From the IMG/VR virus record IMGVR_UViG_3300033070_001349, positions 84,483-148,482 of that record: a DNA stretch of 64,000 nucleotides; one strand, written 5' to 3'. The DNA comes from a virus. Taxonomy: Duplodnaviria > Caudoviricetes. Shown here in pieces: positions 37,259 through 46,497 of the stretch. The notes below the pieces were generated by a model that searched no databases, was not told the DNA's origin, and was given only the letters and a program-made list of their open reading frames with translations. The position numbers were made by a program, and so were the translations under genes. Numbering within the stretch: the first letter of the stretch is position 1; every line of letters begins with the position of its first letter.

Positions 37259-38767
37259 ATGAGTGAGGCACGGCAGATCCTCGCCGAGAGCGGGCAGAGG
37301 AGCATCAGCGACAAGGGCTACGTCCGGGCCCTCCAGAACAAGTGGGGGGCCCTGCTCGAAGGCCTCCCGCGGCGCTCGCGCACCGACCAGTACGCCCTCG
37401 GCGTGACGGCGATGCTCATGGAGAACGAGGCGCGGCACCTCAAGGCGATGAACGAGGAGACCCGGTCGTTCAACGTCGGGTCGTTCACGAAGTTCATCTT
37501 CCCCGTGCTCAGGCGCGTCTTTCCGAACCTCATCGCGAACGAGATCGTCTCCGTTCAGCCGATGACGGCGCCGGTCGGGGCGATCTTCTACCTGGACCTG
37601 ATCTACGGCACCAGCAAGGGCGCCACGGTCCAGGGCAACATCTTCCCGCGCGACTTCGACAAGGACTACTCGTCGGAGTACATCAACGGCGAGCCCCTCG
37701 CGGGCGGAGACGGCACCAACTACGGCGCGTCGGGGACGGCCCTCACCGGCACCCTCGCCTTCCGCCCGGTCCGCGCGAAGGACGACATGCGCGGCGTCCG
37801 CGTGAAGATCGCCGAGATCAACGCGAGCACGGGCGCCGAGGTCCAGGTGGCCCTCGACAACGGCGACGGGACCTTCACCTTCTCGCCCACGGGCGGGTCG
37901 GTGGGCGGCACCCTGAACTACTCGAACGGCGCGCTCACGGGCTTCAAGTTCCAGAACGTCCCCGGCTCGGGCAACCCGATCAAGGCCTTCTACCACTACG
38001 ACGGCGAGCTCCAGACGAGCCTCCCGCAGGTCCAGCTCGACGTGAAGAGCGCGCCCGTCGTCGCCCAGGCCCGGCGCCTCAAGGCGCTCTGGTCGTCGGA
38101 GAGCGCCGAGGACCTCCGCGTGTTCCACGGCCTGGAGGCCGAGACCGAGCTCGTCTCGGGCGTCGCCTCCGAGATGGCCCTGGAGATCGACCGCGAGGTG
38201 CTCATGGACCTCTTCGCGGCCTCCACCTCGACCACCGGGTCCTTCGACCGCATCCCGCCCGCGGGCATCGCGGAGTTGGATCACTTCCGCTCGCTCTTCA
38301 CGGTGGTGTCGACCGTCTCGAACATCATCCACAAGAAGACGCTCCGCGCGCCCGCGAACTGGATGGTCACCTCGCCCGAGGTGAGCGCGCTCTTCGACCA
38401 GCTCTCGACCCACGGCGACTACCGGCCGCTGTTCGTCTCGGGCACCGAGAGCCCCTACGGCCCCGCGGACGCCCCGCGCCCGATGAGCCACCACGGCCAG
38501 TTCGGCATCTTCCGCGCGGGCACGCTCAAGAACAAGTGGTCGCTCTACGAGGACCCCTTCTTCCAGCGCGACCGCATCCTCCTCGGCCTGAAGGGCGGGT
38601 CGTTCCTCGATGCGGGCTACGTGTGGGCTCCCTACGTGCCCCTCCAGGTGACCCCCACCTTCCTCGACCCGAGCGACATGGGCTTCCGCAAGGGGATGCG
38701 CACCCGCTACGCCCGCAAGCTGGTCCGCCAGGACTACTACGGTCAGGTCGTCGTCTCGAACCTCTGA
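37259..38767 (+). CDS. major capsid protein (T4 gp23-like)
   Basis: PVLRRVFPNLIANEIVSVQPMTAPVGAIFY, ARRLKALWS.E.AEDL...HGLEAE.EL, EIDREV, APYVPL, FRKGMRTRYA. Confidence 0.93.
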   Translation: MSEARQILAESGQRSISDKGYVRALQNKWGALLEGLPRRSRTDQYALGVTAMLMENEARHLKAMNEETRSFNVGSFTKFIFPVLRRVFPNLIANEIVSVQPMTAPVGAIFYLDLIYGTSKGATVQGNIFPRDFDKDYSSEYINGEPLAGGDGTNYGASGTALTGTLAFRPVRAKDDMRGVRVKIAEINASTGAEVQVALDNGDGTFTFSPTGGSVGGTLNYSNGALTGFKFQNVPGSGNPIKAFYHYDGELQTSLPQVQLDVKSAPVVAQARRLKALWSSESAEDLRVFHGLEAETELVSGVASEMALEIDREVLMDLFAASTSTTGSFDRIPPAGIAELDHFRSLFTVVSTVSNIIHKKTLRAPANWMVTSPEVSALFDQLSTHGDYRPLFVSGTESPYGPADAPRPMSHHGQFGIFRAGTLKNKWSLYEDPFFQRDRILLGLKGGSFLDAGYVWAPYVPLQVTPTFLDPSDMGFRKGMRTRYARKLVRQDYYGQVVVSNL

Positions 38768-38821
38768 GTCCCGGCTCGTTATGTCCTGGCGTAGCTGCCC
38801 GAAGCAGGCTACGTCAGGGCC

Positions 38822-39895
38822 ATGGCGAACATCCTCTGGCCCCTCCTCAACTCCTGGTCCCGTGAACGTGCGTGGTGGTTCGGCGTCTTCCTCGGAGACG
38901 GCTGCGCCCCTGCGAACGGCTCCGGCCTCACCTGTACCGGCTCGTTCAGCACGACCGTCCGCTGGCGCGCGCTCGTCACCGACTTCAAGGAAGGCATCCG
39001 CGAGGTGAAGCACTCGCCGGGTACCTTCGTGTGCTCGGTCTGTTCTCGTGCTCTGTCCGATTGGATGAAGCAGATTCATGGGTACAGCGGGAAGAAGTCC
39101 CACCTCATCCGCTGGCCCGAAGAGCTCCCGGCCGAGTTCAAGCCCGACTTCCTCCGGGGCCTGATCGACACGGACGGCCACCTCTCGATCTACGATCGCA
39201 AGGCCCACGGCCAGCGCGGGAACCCCACCCCCATCGCCGCCTACCGCTCTCTCTCGCTTCCGATGGTGGAGCGGGTCCGGGACGAGCTCGCGGCCCTCTG
39301 TGGGGTCACGAAGGTGAAGCCCCTCCAGGCGGAGAACCTCACCTGGGGAATCTCCTACGGGGGGTCCTCGACCATGAAGGTCGCCGACCTCCTCTACGGC
39401 AACGCCCCCGAGCACCTCCGTAACGAGGACCGGATGGACGTGTACCGCGAGATGGTGCTCCTGCGGGACAAGCTCATGGCCCCGTGTGCGTGCGGGAACC
39501 CCGAGACCTTCACCGACGGGCTCTGCTACGAGTGCTTCGAGAAGACCCAGGTGCACGTCACGGGTCCGGGGACCCTCTGCGGGGCCTGCAAGGTGCGCCC
39601 GGTGGTGGCCTCGGAGCGCTGCGACATTTGCCGCAAGCGCGAGGACCGGGCGGCGAAGAAGGCGGCCGGGACGCCGAAGAAGACCTATGGGGCATGTGCC
39701 TGTGGGAGTCCGGCCACCCGGAAGGGGACGGCCGACAGGGTCCCCCTCTGCGAGGCCTGCTACGCCAGGAAGCGCCGGGGGGTTCCCCTCCGCTCCGCAC
39801 TCGCAGTGCCCGAGGGCGGGTGGCACTCGCGGGCCGGGGAGTCCCTACCCGGTCGTCCCCGGACCGCCGACCCAGCCCCTACCCTGTCGTCCTAA
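38822..39895 (+). CDS. free-standing LAGLIDADG homing endonuclease with Cys-rich C-terminal repeats
   Basis: WWFGVFLGDG and FLRGLIDTDG; CACG, CYEC, CGAC, CDIC, CACG, CEAC. Confidence 0.8.
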   Translation: MANILWPLLNSWSRERAWWFGVFLGDGCAPANGSGLTCTGSFSTTVRWRALVTDFKEGIREVKHSPGTFVCSVCSRALSDWMKQIHGYSGKKSHLIRWPEELPAEFKPDFLRGLIDTDGHLSIYDRKAHGQRGNPTPIAAYRSLSLPMVERVRDELAALCGVTKVKPLQAENLTWGISYGGSSTMKVADLLYGNAPEHLRNEDRMDVYREMVLLRDKLMAPCACGNPETFTDGLCYECFEKTQVHVTGPGTLCGACKVRPVVASERCDICRKREDRAAKKAAGTPKKTYGACACGSPATRKGTADRVPLCEACYARKRRGVPLRSALAVPEGGWHSRAGESLPGRPRTADPAPTLSS

Positions 39896-39898
39896 GCC

Positions 39899-40429
39899 TC
39901 ACCCCACCAGACCGCCCTCGATCATCGCCGCGATCACCTCGGCGTCCGCGAAGCCCTGCGTGTCGAGGTTGCCCGACCCGAGCCGGTTGCGGATCGCGTT
40001 CCGGCGCTCGGCGGCGTCCGCGGCGTCCTGACGCATGATGGCCTCGGCCGCCGCGTGGGCGTCCTTCGAGCTCCGGGCCGTGAGGACGTGGTGGCCGTAG
40101 CCGCTCCACACGGCCAGACCCCGGAGGCGGCGCGAGCTCTCGTCGGCGATCGGCCTGTCCACCAGGAAGTGGGTCTCCCCGGGGATGTTGCGGTGGACGA
40201 GCCACACGTAGGTGGTCTTGCCCTTGGCGTTCACGCCCACGGGGTAGCGGATCACCCGAACGCCCGCCGCGTACTCCGCCCGGGTGGTCACGTAGGCCTC
40301 GTGGTCAGCGCCCTTGGGGGCGTCGATGCACCCCTCGTACACTTCGCGGGCGAGGCTCGACTCGTACCGGCGGGCCTCGTCGGCGTTGCGGAAGGGAGCG
40401 GGGGTGGTCTCGGTTATCGCGGCGTCCAT
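39899..40429 (-). CDS. hypothetical protein (inverted cassette gene 2)
   Basis: ATG 40429 with GGAGG SD; GC3 bias on the - strand. Confidence 0.7.
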   Translation of the reverse strand: MDAAITETTPAPFRNADEARRYESSLAREVYEGCIDAPKGADHEAYVTTRAEYAAGVRVIRYPVGVNAKGKTTYVWLVHRNIPGETHFLVDRPIADESSRRLRGLAVWSGYGHHVLTARSSKDAHAAAEAIMRQDAADAAERRNAIRNRLGSGNLDTQGFADAEVIAAMIEGGLVG

Positions 40430-40443
40430 CGCGGGCCTCCTAT

Positions 40444-40650
40444 TCACGCCCGGACCCGGCGCTGGGCCTCCTCGACCGCGCAGAGGCACCGGAAGGCGTC
40501 GCCCGGGGCGAGCTCGGCCTTGGCCGCCGCGTACCCCATGTGGACGCTCTCGACCTCGCGGGGGGTCTTGGCGGCCTGGGCGTCGCGGAGGATGGTGGCG
40601 GCGATCCGGCGAGAGGACTTGGCGCTGGGGCGGGAGGACTTGCTGCTCAT
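40444..40650 (-). CDS. small hypothetical protein (inverted cassette gene 1)
   Basis: ATG 6 nt after a TAGATT -10; GC3 bias on the - strand. Confidence 0.7.
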   Translation of the reverse strand: MSSKSSRPSAKSSRRIAATILRDAQAAKTPREVESVHMGYAAAKAELAPGDAFRCLCAVEEAQRRVRA

Positions 40651-40656
40651 GCACCT

Positions 40657-40684
40657 AATCTAGCGCATGGATTCTGATAGTCAA
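40657..40684 (-). promoter_or_regulatory. sigma70-type promoter, leaderless
   Basis: On -: TTGACT-16 nt-TAGATT-6 nt-ATG; shares GCTAGATTAG with the promoter at 4474. Confidence 0.7.
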
Positions 40685-40696
40685 GCCCCTACGATC

Positions 40697-40738
40697 GAAA
40701 AGAGACAGGGGCGGTGCCGTTTCCAGTACCGCCCCTGT
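40697..40738 (-). terminator. intrinsic terminator
   Basis: 11-bp stem ACAGGGGCGGT/ACCGCCCCTGT followed on - by CTCTTTT. Confidence 0.6.
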
Positions 40739-40805
40739 TGGATGGTAGCCCCATCGCGAGTCGCGAGGGGTACTCTAGCGCGAGACGCCCCCTAGGCCAC
40801 CCCCT

Positions 40806-40847
40806 AAAGAGAAGGGCGCCGAGCCTCTTCCGAAGCCCGGCGCCCTC
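40806..40847 (-). terminator. second terminator-like hairpin
   Basis: On -: AGGGCGCCGGGC...GCTCGGCGCCCT followed by TCTCTTT. Confidence 0.5.
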
Positions 40848-40878
40848 CGCGGCTTCCGCCGCCGTGATCCGCCATCAC

Positions 40879-40906
40879 AACCTAGCACCAGCCCCGACCT
40901 CGTCAA
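40879..40906 (-). promoter_or_regulatory. sigma70-type promoter
   Basis: On -: TTGACG-16 nt-TAGGTT with extended -10 TG. Confidence 0.6.
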
Positions 40907-40938
40907 CCCGATAGCGGGTGTGGTAGGGTCTCGGCCAC

Positions 40939-41616
40939 ATGGGACAACTCGACGGCCTCGACGAACTCCTGGGACAGCCTCGGACGGTCTATCGCGGGCC
41001 CTCACACGTTCACGCCGGGCCTTCGTCGAGGGTGCCCCTCGGCCCCCCCGCTCCAGCCCGAGACCCCCGCCGCCCGCCGCCGCGCCCGGCCCCCACGGAG
41101 TCCCCGTACGGCGGGGACTACCTCGGGCTCACCGGCCTCGACCAGACCCTGACCCGGGGGTACCGGCCGGAGGACGCGATCGACTACGAGGACCCCCCGC
41201 CCGAGGACTCCCCGGAGTCGATCCCACTGGTGGCCCGCGCCTCCGCGGGCAGGCCCCTGGCCGCGCCCCCCACCGCGCCCCGGAGTCATGTGGCTCCGCC
41301 CCCTCCGGCTTTCTCGCCCCTGCGGGCGGCACCGTCGCCTGTCTCCTCCTCGGAGCGAGGCCGGGTCCTCCGGGGGATCGCGCACCACCTCCGCGAGGCC
41401 TCGGTCCTCCTCGACCAGCTAGCGGCGCTCGAAGTCCCGGTCGCCGAGGCCCCCGTCCTGACCCCGCCGGATTCGGCCCCGGACCCCTTCCGCGAGGCCC
41501 CGGTCCCCATGACCCGCGCCCCCACGGCCGCCGCTCCTACGGCCGCCGAGGATGCGCCCGAGGACGACTCGATCCCCGTGGAAGTGGACTCGACGGAGGC
41601 TCCCGCCCTCGGGTAG
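40939..41616 (+). CDS. Pro-rich hypothetical protein
   Basis: GC3-biased ORF. Confidence 0.6.
   Translation: MGQLDGLDELLGQPRTVYRGPSHVHAGPSSRVPLGPPAPARDPRRPPPRPAPTESPYGGDYLGLTGLDQTLTRGYRPEDAIDYEDPPPEDSPESIPLVARASAGRPLAAPPTAPRSHVAPPPPAFSPLRAAPSPVSSSERGRVLRGIAHHLREASVLLDQLAALEVPVAEAPVLTPPDSAPDPFREAPVPMTRAPTAAAPTAAEDAPEDDSIPVEVDSTEAPALG
41282..41297 (+). repeat. dispersed palindrome copy 6 (GGAGTCATGTGGCTCC)
   Basis: Core match. Confidence 0.9.
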
Positions 41617-41625
41617 GGTACCCCC

Positions 41626-42072
41626 ATGCCCCTCGTCAAACTTCAGGCCCCGCCCCCGCCGACCACCGTCATCACCCCCCGTGGGCGCATCCGCGGCGGC
41701 GCGCTGATCGAGGTGGAGGAGGCGGAGGTTTCTGCCTACCGGCGCCTCGGGTTCGTCCCGGCCGTCGAATCCCACGCCGACCGGGTCCCCGAGGTGCCCC
41801 TCGCCGACCCGGTCGAGCCGTCCTCCCCTCCCGTCGAGGAGGACGGCGCCTCCGAGGAGGCCGAGGACCTCGACCCTGTCGAGGCAGGCGCCGAGGACTC
41901 GCGGAGTGCGGAGTCCGCGAAGCACGCCAAGGGGGCCAAGGGGAGGGCCAAGGGGAAGGCCAAGTCGCCCAAGGCGGCCCCGCCCCCGGTCGAGCCTCCG
42001 GTCGACGCCCCCGCCGTCGATGCCCCCACCGATCCCCTCCCGCCCGTCACCGAAGGAGCTCCCCATGAGTGA
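41626..42072 (+). CDS. hypothetical low-complexity protein
   Basis: ORF in the operon. Confidence 0.55.
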   Translation: MPLVKLQAPPPPTTVITPRGRIRGGALIEVEEAEVSAYRRLGFVPAVESHADRVPEVPLADPVEPSSPPVEEDGASEEAEDLDPVEAGAEDSRSAESAKHAKGAKGRAKGKAKSPKAAPPPVEPPVDAPAVDAPTDPLPPVTEGAPHE

Positions 42073-42253
42073 ACCCCCCCGGCGCGTCTGCCCTGACTGC
42101 GGCACGCCCCTCGTCTCGACCCCCATCGCCGGGAGCACGAACTTCCGGTACACCTGTCCGAAGGGGCACGCCGTGTCCGAGGTGGCGGACAACAAGGGCC
42201 GCACCTACCTCGCGGACGGCTCCGGCCCGTCCAAGCGCTTCCTCGGCGGCTGA
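42065..42253 (+). CDS. small Zn-ribbon protein
   Basis: AAGGAG SD; CPDCG...CPKGH. Confidence 0.6.
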   Translation: MSEPPRRVCPDCGTPLVSTPIAGSTNFRYTCPKGHAVSEVADNKGRTYLADGSGPSKRFLGG

Positions 42254-42266
42254 TAGGCGGTAACCC

Positions 42267-43010
42267 GTGGCCGACGCCTCCCTCAAGCTCCGCGACGCCG
42301 CGGGCATCCACGACTGGATCCTCCGGCGTCTCGGAGCGCCGCAGCTACTCATCGAGCTCGACCAGGGCCAGCTCGATATCTGCGTGGAGGACGCCACCCG
42401 GTGGTTCGCGTCGAAGAAGGGGGTCGTGCGCACGGGCACCCTCCAACTCCAGGCCAACGTCGCCCTCTACCAGCTTCCCGAGGACGTGGGCCACGTCACC
42501 GGCCTCGCCGCGGTGGAGCCCACGCCGGACCTGTCCCTCGCGCTCGGCGGTACCTTCCTCCTCCCCGAGCAACAGCTTCCGTACAGCGCCCTCGGGTACC
42601 CCGCCTCCGGCGGCGTCCTGAGCTCCTACGTGCAGTCCCTCCAGTACATCGAGACGAGCCGCCGGGTGTTCGGCAGGGACCCCGACTTCGAGTTCGACCA
42701 GTCCACCGGGCGGCTCCGCGTGTCCCCGACCCCGACGGTGGCCTCCCGGGCGGAGTACACCTACAAGAGCGACAAGTTCACCCTCGACCAGCTCACCGAG
42801 CTCGACCACAACCTCCTCAAGCGCTACGCCCTCGCGGTGGCGAAGGAGATCGTCGGGCGCATCCGCTCCAAGCGGGCGGAGCACCCGGGGGCGCAGGGGC
42901 AGGTGCGTCTCGACGGGGACACACTCCTCAAGGAGTCGGCCGACGACAGGGAGAAGCTCGACGCGGAGATCCTCGCCACCTCGGCGCCCCTCTCCTTCCT
43001 GACCGGGTGA
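42267..43010 (+). CDS. neck protein (T4 gp13-like)
   Basis: WILRRLGAPQLLIELDQGQL, KRYALAVAKEIVGRIRSK, PGAQGQVRLDGDTL. Confidence 0.8.
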   Translation: MADASLKLRDAAGIHDWILRRLGAPQLLIELDQGQLDICVEDATRWFASKKGVVRTGTLQLQANVALYQLPEDVGHVTGLAAVEPTPDLSLALGGTFLLPEQQLPYSALGYPASGGVLSSYVQSLQYIETSRRVFGRDPDFEFDQSTGRLRVSPTPTVASRAEYTYKSDKFTLDQLTELDHNLLKRYALAVAKEIVGRIRSKRAEHPGAQGQVRLDGDTLLKESADDREKLDAEILATSAPLSFLTG

Positions 43011-43020
43011 CCCTGACGCC

Positions 43021-43617
43021 ATGGCCCCCCAGTACCGCCGCGGCCCTGTGCCCCCCGTGCGCCCCTACGACTCGGGTCAAGAGACGGTCCGCCCTCTCGA
43101 AGGCCTCTACCACCAGGGAGACCAGGAGCTCCGCCTCTTCGACGCCTGGGCCGAGGAGCACGTACGCATCGGGGGCACGCGGATCGCCGTCTACTCGATC
43201 GACCCGGCGGGCTCGACGATGAGCGCCGTCCACGACGAGGTGACCGACCGTCGCTACCGCGGCCCTTTCCCCATGTGGGGCTGGGCCGAGTACCCCGAGG
43301 GTCAGCCCGTGGTCACCGACCCGGGCGTCACCATCCGATGGCCGGTGAAGTTCTGGGTCCCGCGGGCCTCGATCGAGAAGGCGCGCGCCCCGGCTCCCAT
43401 GGAGGGGGACATCATCCGCTTCTGGGACAAGCCCTTCTTCACCGCGAACGGGGACTCCGACCTCCCGACGGAGGGGGGCTACTTCTTCCTCATCACGAAG
43501 GTGAACGAGGACGGCCACCCCTACGATGATCCCGGGTTCGTGGGCTTCTCCTTCGAGGGCACCCGCGACACGGCCTTTTCCCCGGAGCGCCGGATGGACG
43601 ATCGGGTGCGGAGATGA
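43021..43617 (+). CDS. neck/head-closure protein (gp14-like)
   Basis: Follows the gp13-like gene; P.EGDII motif. Confidence 0.55.
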   Translation: MAPQYRRGPVPPVRPYDSGQETVRPLEGLYHQGDQELRLFDAWAEEHVRIGGTRIAVYSIDPAGSTMSAVHDEVTDRRYRGPFPMWGWAEYPEGQPVVTDPGVTIRWPVKFWVPRASIEKARAPAPMEGDIIRFWDKPFFTANGDSDLPTEGGYFFLITKVNEDGHPYDDPGFVGFSFEGTRDTAFSPERRMDDRVRR

Positions 43618-44069
43618 ACGCCGACCGACTCGCCCTCGCCCGTGCCGCGGTATCCCGAGGCGTCTCCCTCCTCTGCGCGACGTGCGACCACTATGTGGCC
43701 GCGCGGGTCGCCGGTCTGCCGGGGGATGCCTGCGGCCGGGTGGGATGCGTGGGCCCCTTTGGCGGCGGGGAGTTCCCGGACTACCAGGGCCCGATCGAGG
43801 ACCCCTCCAGATGGTGCATCGCCTGCGGGGCGGAGTCCGTTCGGGGGGTCCGAGTGGCCGGAGGGACCAAGACCTTCGGCCTCTGCGGGAGTCATGTGGC
43901 TCTGGCCCACGACGCGCTCCCGGCCTCGGGGGCGAGCCCCCTCCTCGAAGTCGTCTCCCCGACCTTCGTCCCCGCCGAGCTCGTGCGGCGAGTCCCCCCG
44001 CGCGTCCGCTCGCGCGGGTCGTCCATCGTCGAGATCCTGGCCGAGGTCGCCGAGGGGCGCCCGAAGTGA
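43614..44069 (+). CDS. Cys-rich hypothetical protein
   Basis: ATGA overlap; CATC, C..CV, CIAC, LCGSH. Confidence 0.6.
   Translation: MNADRLALARAAVSRGVSLLCATCDHYVAARVAGLPGDACGRVGCVGPFGGGEFPDYQGPIEDPSRWCIACGAESVRGVRVAGGTKTFGLCGSHVALAHDALPASGASPLLEVVSPTFVPAELVRRVPPRVRSRGSSIVEILAEVAEGRPK
43888..43903 (+). repeat. dispersed palindrome copy 7 (GGAGTCATGTGGCTCT)
   Basis: Core match. Confidence 0.88.
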
Positions 44070-44899
44070 GCGCCCCCCGCATGGCCGTGTCGGTCTCGCT
44101 CGACCCCAAGGGCCAGCGGCTCTTCAAGGCCATGCGGCACTTTCCCGAGCGCGTGCGGCTCTTCCGTCGGTGGGTCCTCCGCGAGCTCGCCGAGGACATT
44201 CACCGCGGCGTCCTCGACCGCATCCCCGGGGGCCGCGACAATGACCGCTATGCCCGGTCCATCCGCGTGAAGAGCCTTCAGGCAGGCTCCGCGGTGGACG
44301 CGCTCTCCGTGGCCGTCGACCCGAAGAGGAGCCGGTCCCCCAAGGTGGATCCCGCCCTGACCGTCGTCTTCGTCCGCCACCGCGGGCCCAACCGCGACCC
44401 CGCCGTCGAGATTCTCCGGCGGCATAGCCCCTGGACCCTCGACACGATCCCCCTCCTGCCCTCCAAGCGCCGCGCGGCCATCTCCATGCGTGAGGTCTCG
44501 GAGCGGTCCCACGCCGAGGTGGCGCGGCTCCGGGCGAAGGACGCCCCGGCGTGGCGCATGGCCCTCAACCGCCTCGGGTACAGGGACTTCCCCGGCGCCT
44601 TCGCTGGCCCGAACCGCTCCGGGGAGGCGGTTCCGACCCTCCTCTACGTCGGCGCCCGGCTGGAGTTCGGCGGCGAGGACGCGGCCGTTCCCCACTGGCG
44701 TCCGGCGGTGATGGACGCCCGCCGGGCCCTCCCCAGACGCGCTTTACAAAAGTCCCGTCTGGTGCTCAAACTCCTCACCGACCCGACATTCTCGACGCGC
44801 AGTCTCCTCCCGAGGCTACCGCGTCAGACGGTACGGGAGGCCAAGGACCTTCTTGCCTTCCAAGAGCGTCTGCACCTCAAAGGAGCCTCTTCGACATGA
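44066..44899 (+). CDS. basic hypothetical protein, possibly a tail-completion/morphogenesis protein
   Basis: GTGA overlap (alternative ATG 44081); position in the neck module; PHWRPA motif. Confidence 0.55.
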   Translation: MSAPRMAVSVSLDPKGQRLFKAMRHFPERVRLFRRWVLRELAEDIHRGVLDRIPGGRDNDRYARSIRVKSLQAGSAVDALSVAVDPKRSRSPKVDPALTVVFVRHRGPNRDPAVEILRRHSPWTLDTIPLLPSKRRAAISMREVSERSHAEVARLRAKDAPAWRMALNRLGYRDFPGAFAGPNRSGEAVPTLLYVGARLEFGGEDAAVPHWRPAVMDARRALPRRALQKSRLVLKLLTDPTFSTRSLLPRLPRQTVREAKDLLAFQERLHLKGASST

Positions 44900-45297
44900 C
44901 CCCCGCCATCACCGCCAGCCTGAACGACGTTCGCGCCCGCCTCCACGAGGACACCAACTCCGTCGCGTGGGGCCCCGAGTCGGTCCCCACCACCCGCCAC
45001 GGCAAGGGCACCCCGGGGTCGGGCGGCGCGGACAACCGCAACGACACCCTCGACAAGCTCGACGCCTACCTGAGCAACATCGTCTCGCACCTCCGCGCGA
45101 CGAAGCTCGCGGCGACCGACGACGCGGCCTTCTCGCGCATCCGCTCGACGGCCAAGCGCCTCGCCGCGGCGGGCTCGCTCCCGGCGATGCCCGGCGACAG
45201 CGCGAGCGACGCCGACGCGGCCGTGTGGCTCGCCAAGGCGTCCACGGTGGGCTTCGCCTCCGAGGTCTTCGCCGACGCCAACGGCGACGGCGAGTAG
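44896..45297 (+). CDS. hypothetical protein
   Basis: AGGAG SD, ATGA overlap, strong GC3. Confidence 0.65.
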   Translation: MTPAITASLNDVRARLHEDTNSVAWGPESVPTTRHGKGTPGSGGADNRNDTLDKLDAYLSNIVSHLRATKLAATDDAAFSRIRSTAKRLAAAGSLPAMPGDSASDADAAVWLAKASTVGFASEVFADANGDGE

Positions 45298-45311
45298 TAC
45301 CCTCCTCGCCG

Positions 45312-46091
45312 ATGCCCTCGGCCCCCCGCGACGCGCTCTACCTCGCCCGCTCCAACGGACAGGCCCCCAACGGGGAGGTCACGCTCGACGACTTCGATCG
45401 CGGCGTGGCCGAGACGCTCGGGGCGAAGGTCCTCCCCTACCCGGGCCCGCGCGGCTCCGAGCTCCTTAGCTTCTTCTGGCAGCTTCGGTCTGTCCGCCCG
45501 CCCCCGCGGCTCCCGGGTATCCCCGTCATCTTCGCGCCCGCCGAGGACCTGGACCGCTTCAAGATCCCCTACGTCCTGATCACCCCCTCGGCCCCGCAAG
45601 CAGCCCTCCAGCGGTGGCACCCTGGGACGATCGAGTACCGGGCGCCAGCCCCATCGGCCCAGCCCAGGACGGTGAACGGCGTCGCGGGCTTCGACCGCTA
45701 CGTCGAGAAGCGGCAGGCCCACCCCTTCGACCTTCAGTACACCCTCTCGCTCGTCACCAAGCGCTCCACGATGCCGCAGGCCGCCCCCAGGGGGCGAGAC
45801 CACCCCCCGGTCCCGACTTTCGAGGGCGGCTCCTCGAACATGCTCTTGACCGAGGTCCTGCGTGTGTATCCAGCGCAGTGCGGGGTCAACGTGCTCGATT
45901 CCGTGGGGGACTACCGGACCTACTCGGCCTCCATGACGGGCATGACCAAGACGGACCGAACGAACGAGGTGGGCGACCGCGTGCTCGGGTACGACCTCAC
46001 GCTCCTCGTCTACGGCGAGCTCGACCTGGACCCAGTCACAGAACGCCCGGCCGTGCGGGGGTCGTTGACCCGTCGGTTCCAATCCGCCTAG
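45312..46091 (+). CDS. putative tail terminator (gp15-like)
   Basis: Position before the sheath; PFDLQYTLSL and LVYGELD segments. Confidence 0.5.
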   Translation: MPSAPRDALYLARSNGQAPNGEVTLDDFDRGVAETLGAKVLPYPGPRGSELLSFFWQLRSVRPPPRLPGIPVIFAPAEDLDRFKIPYVLITPSAPQAALQRWHPGTIEYRAPAPSAQPRTVNGVAGFDRYVEKRQAHPFDLQYTLSLVTKRSTMPQAAPRGRDHPPVPTFEGGSSNMLLTEVLRVYPAQCGVNVLDSVGDYRTYSASMTGMTKTDRTNEVGDRVLGYDLTLLVYGELDLDPVTERPAVRGSLTRRFQSA

Positions 46092-46104
46092 ACTCCCCCC
46101 CACA

Positions 46105-46497
46105 ATGCGAGTGCGGAGCGGAAGAGACCCGGTGGTTTGGTCCGGCGGACGGATCGCCCCTCGGTCCGAGGCGGACCTCACCGCAGAGGAGGCCTCGAAC
46201 CCCGAGGTCCAGAGCGCGCTCGAAGCCGGGCGCCTCTCCCGCCTCACGTCCGCGAGCGAGCCCGAGGATGTGCCTGCGGTCGCGGCGCCCCCCTCGCCCT
46301 CCGTTCCCCTCCGGTTTCCCGAGCCCGCGCGGGCTGAGGTCCAGGCCGAGGTTTCGGTCGCGGTCTCCGTCGCGGTCTCCGTCGGGGCCCCGGCTCCGAC
46401 GGCCGAAGAGGAGGACGCCCCTGATTCACCCCCGGCCCCGACCGATGACCCCCACGGCTCTTCGGAGGGGGACGACACTGAGGACGACGCCCCATGA
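46105..46497 (+). CDS. small protein preceding the sheath
   Basis: ATGA overlap with the sheath start. Confidence 0.55.
   Translation: MRVRSGRDPVVWSGGRIAPRSEADLTAEEASNPEVQSALEAGRLSRLTSASEPEDVPAVAAPPSPSVPLRFPEPARAEVQAEVSVAVSVAVSVGAPAPTAEEEDAPDSPPAPTDDPHGSSEGDDTEDDAP

Larger units (their letters stand above)
40697..40872 (-). ncRNA. candidate structured small RNA(s)
   Basis: Lies between a promoter (40879-40906) and terminator-like hairpins; three stems; no credible ORF downstream of the predicted start. Confidence 0.4.
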
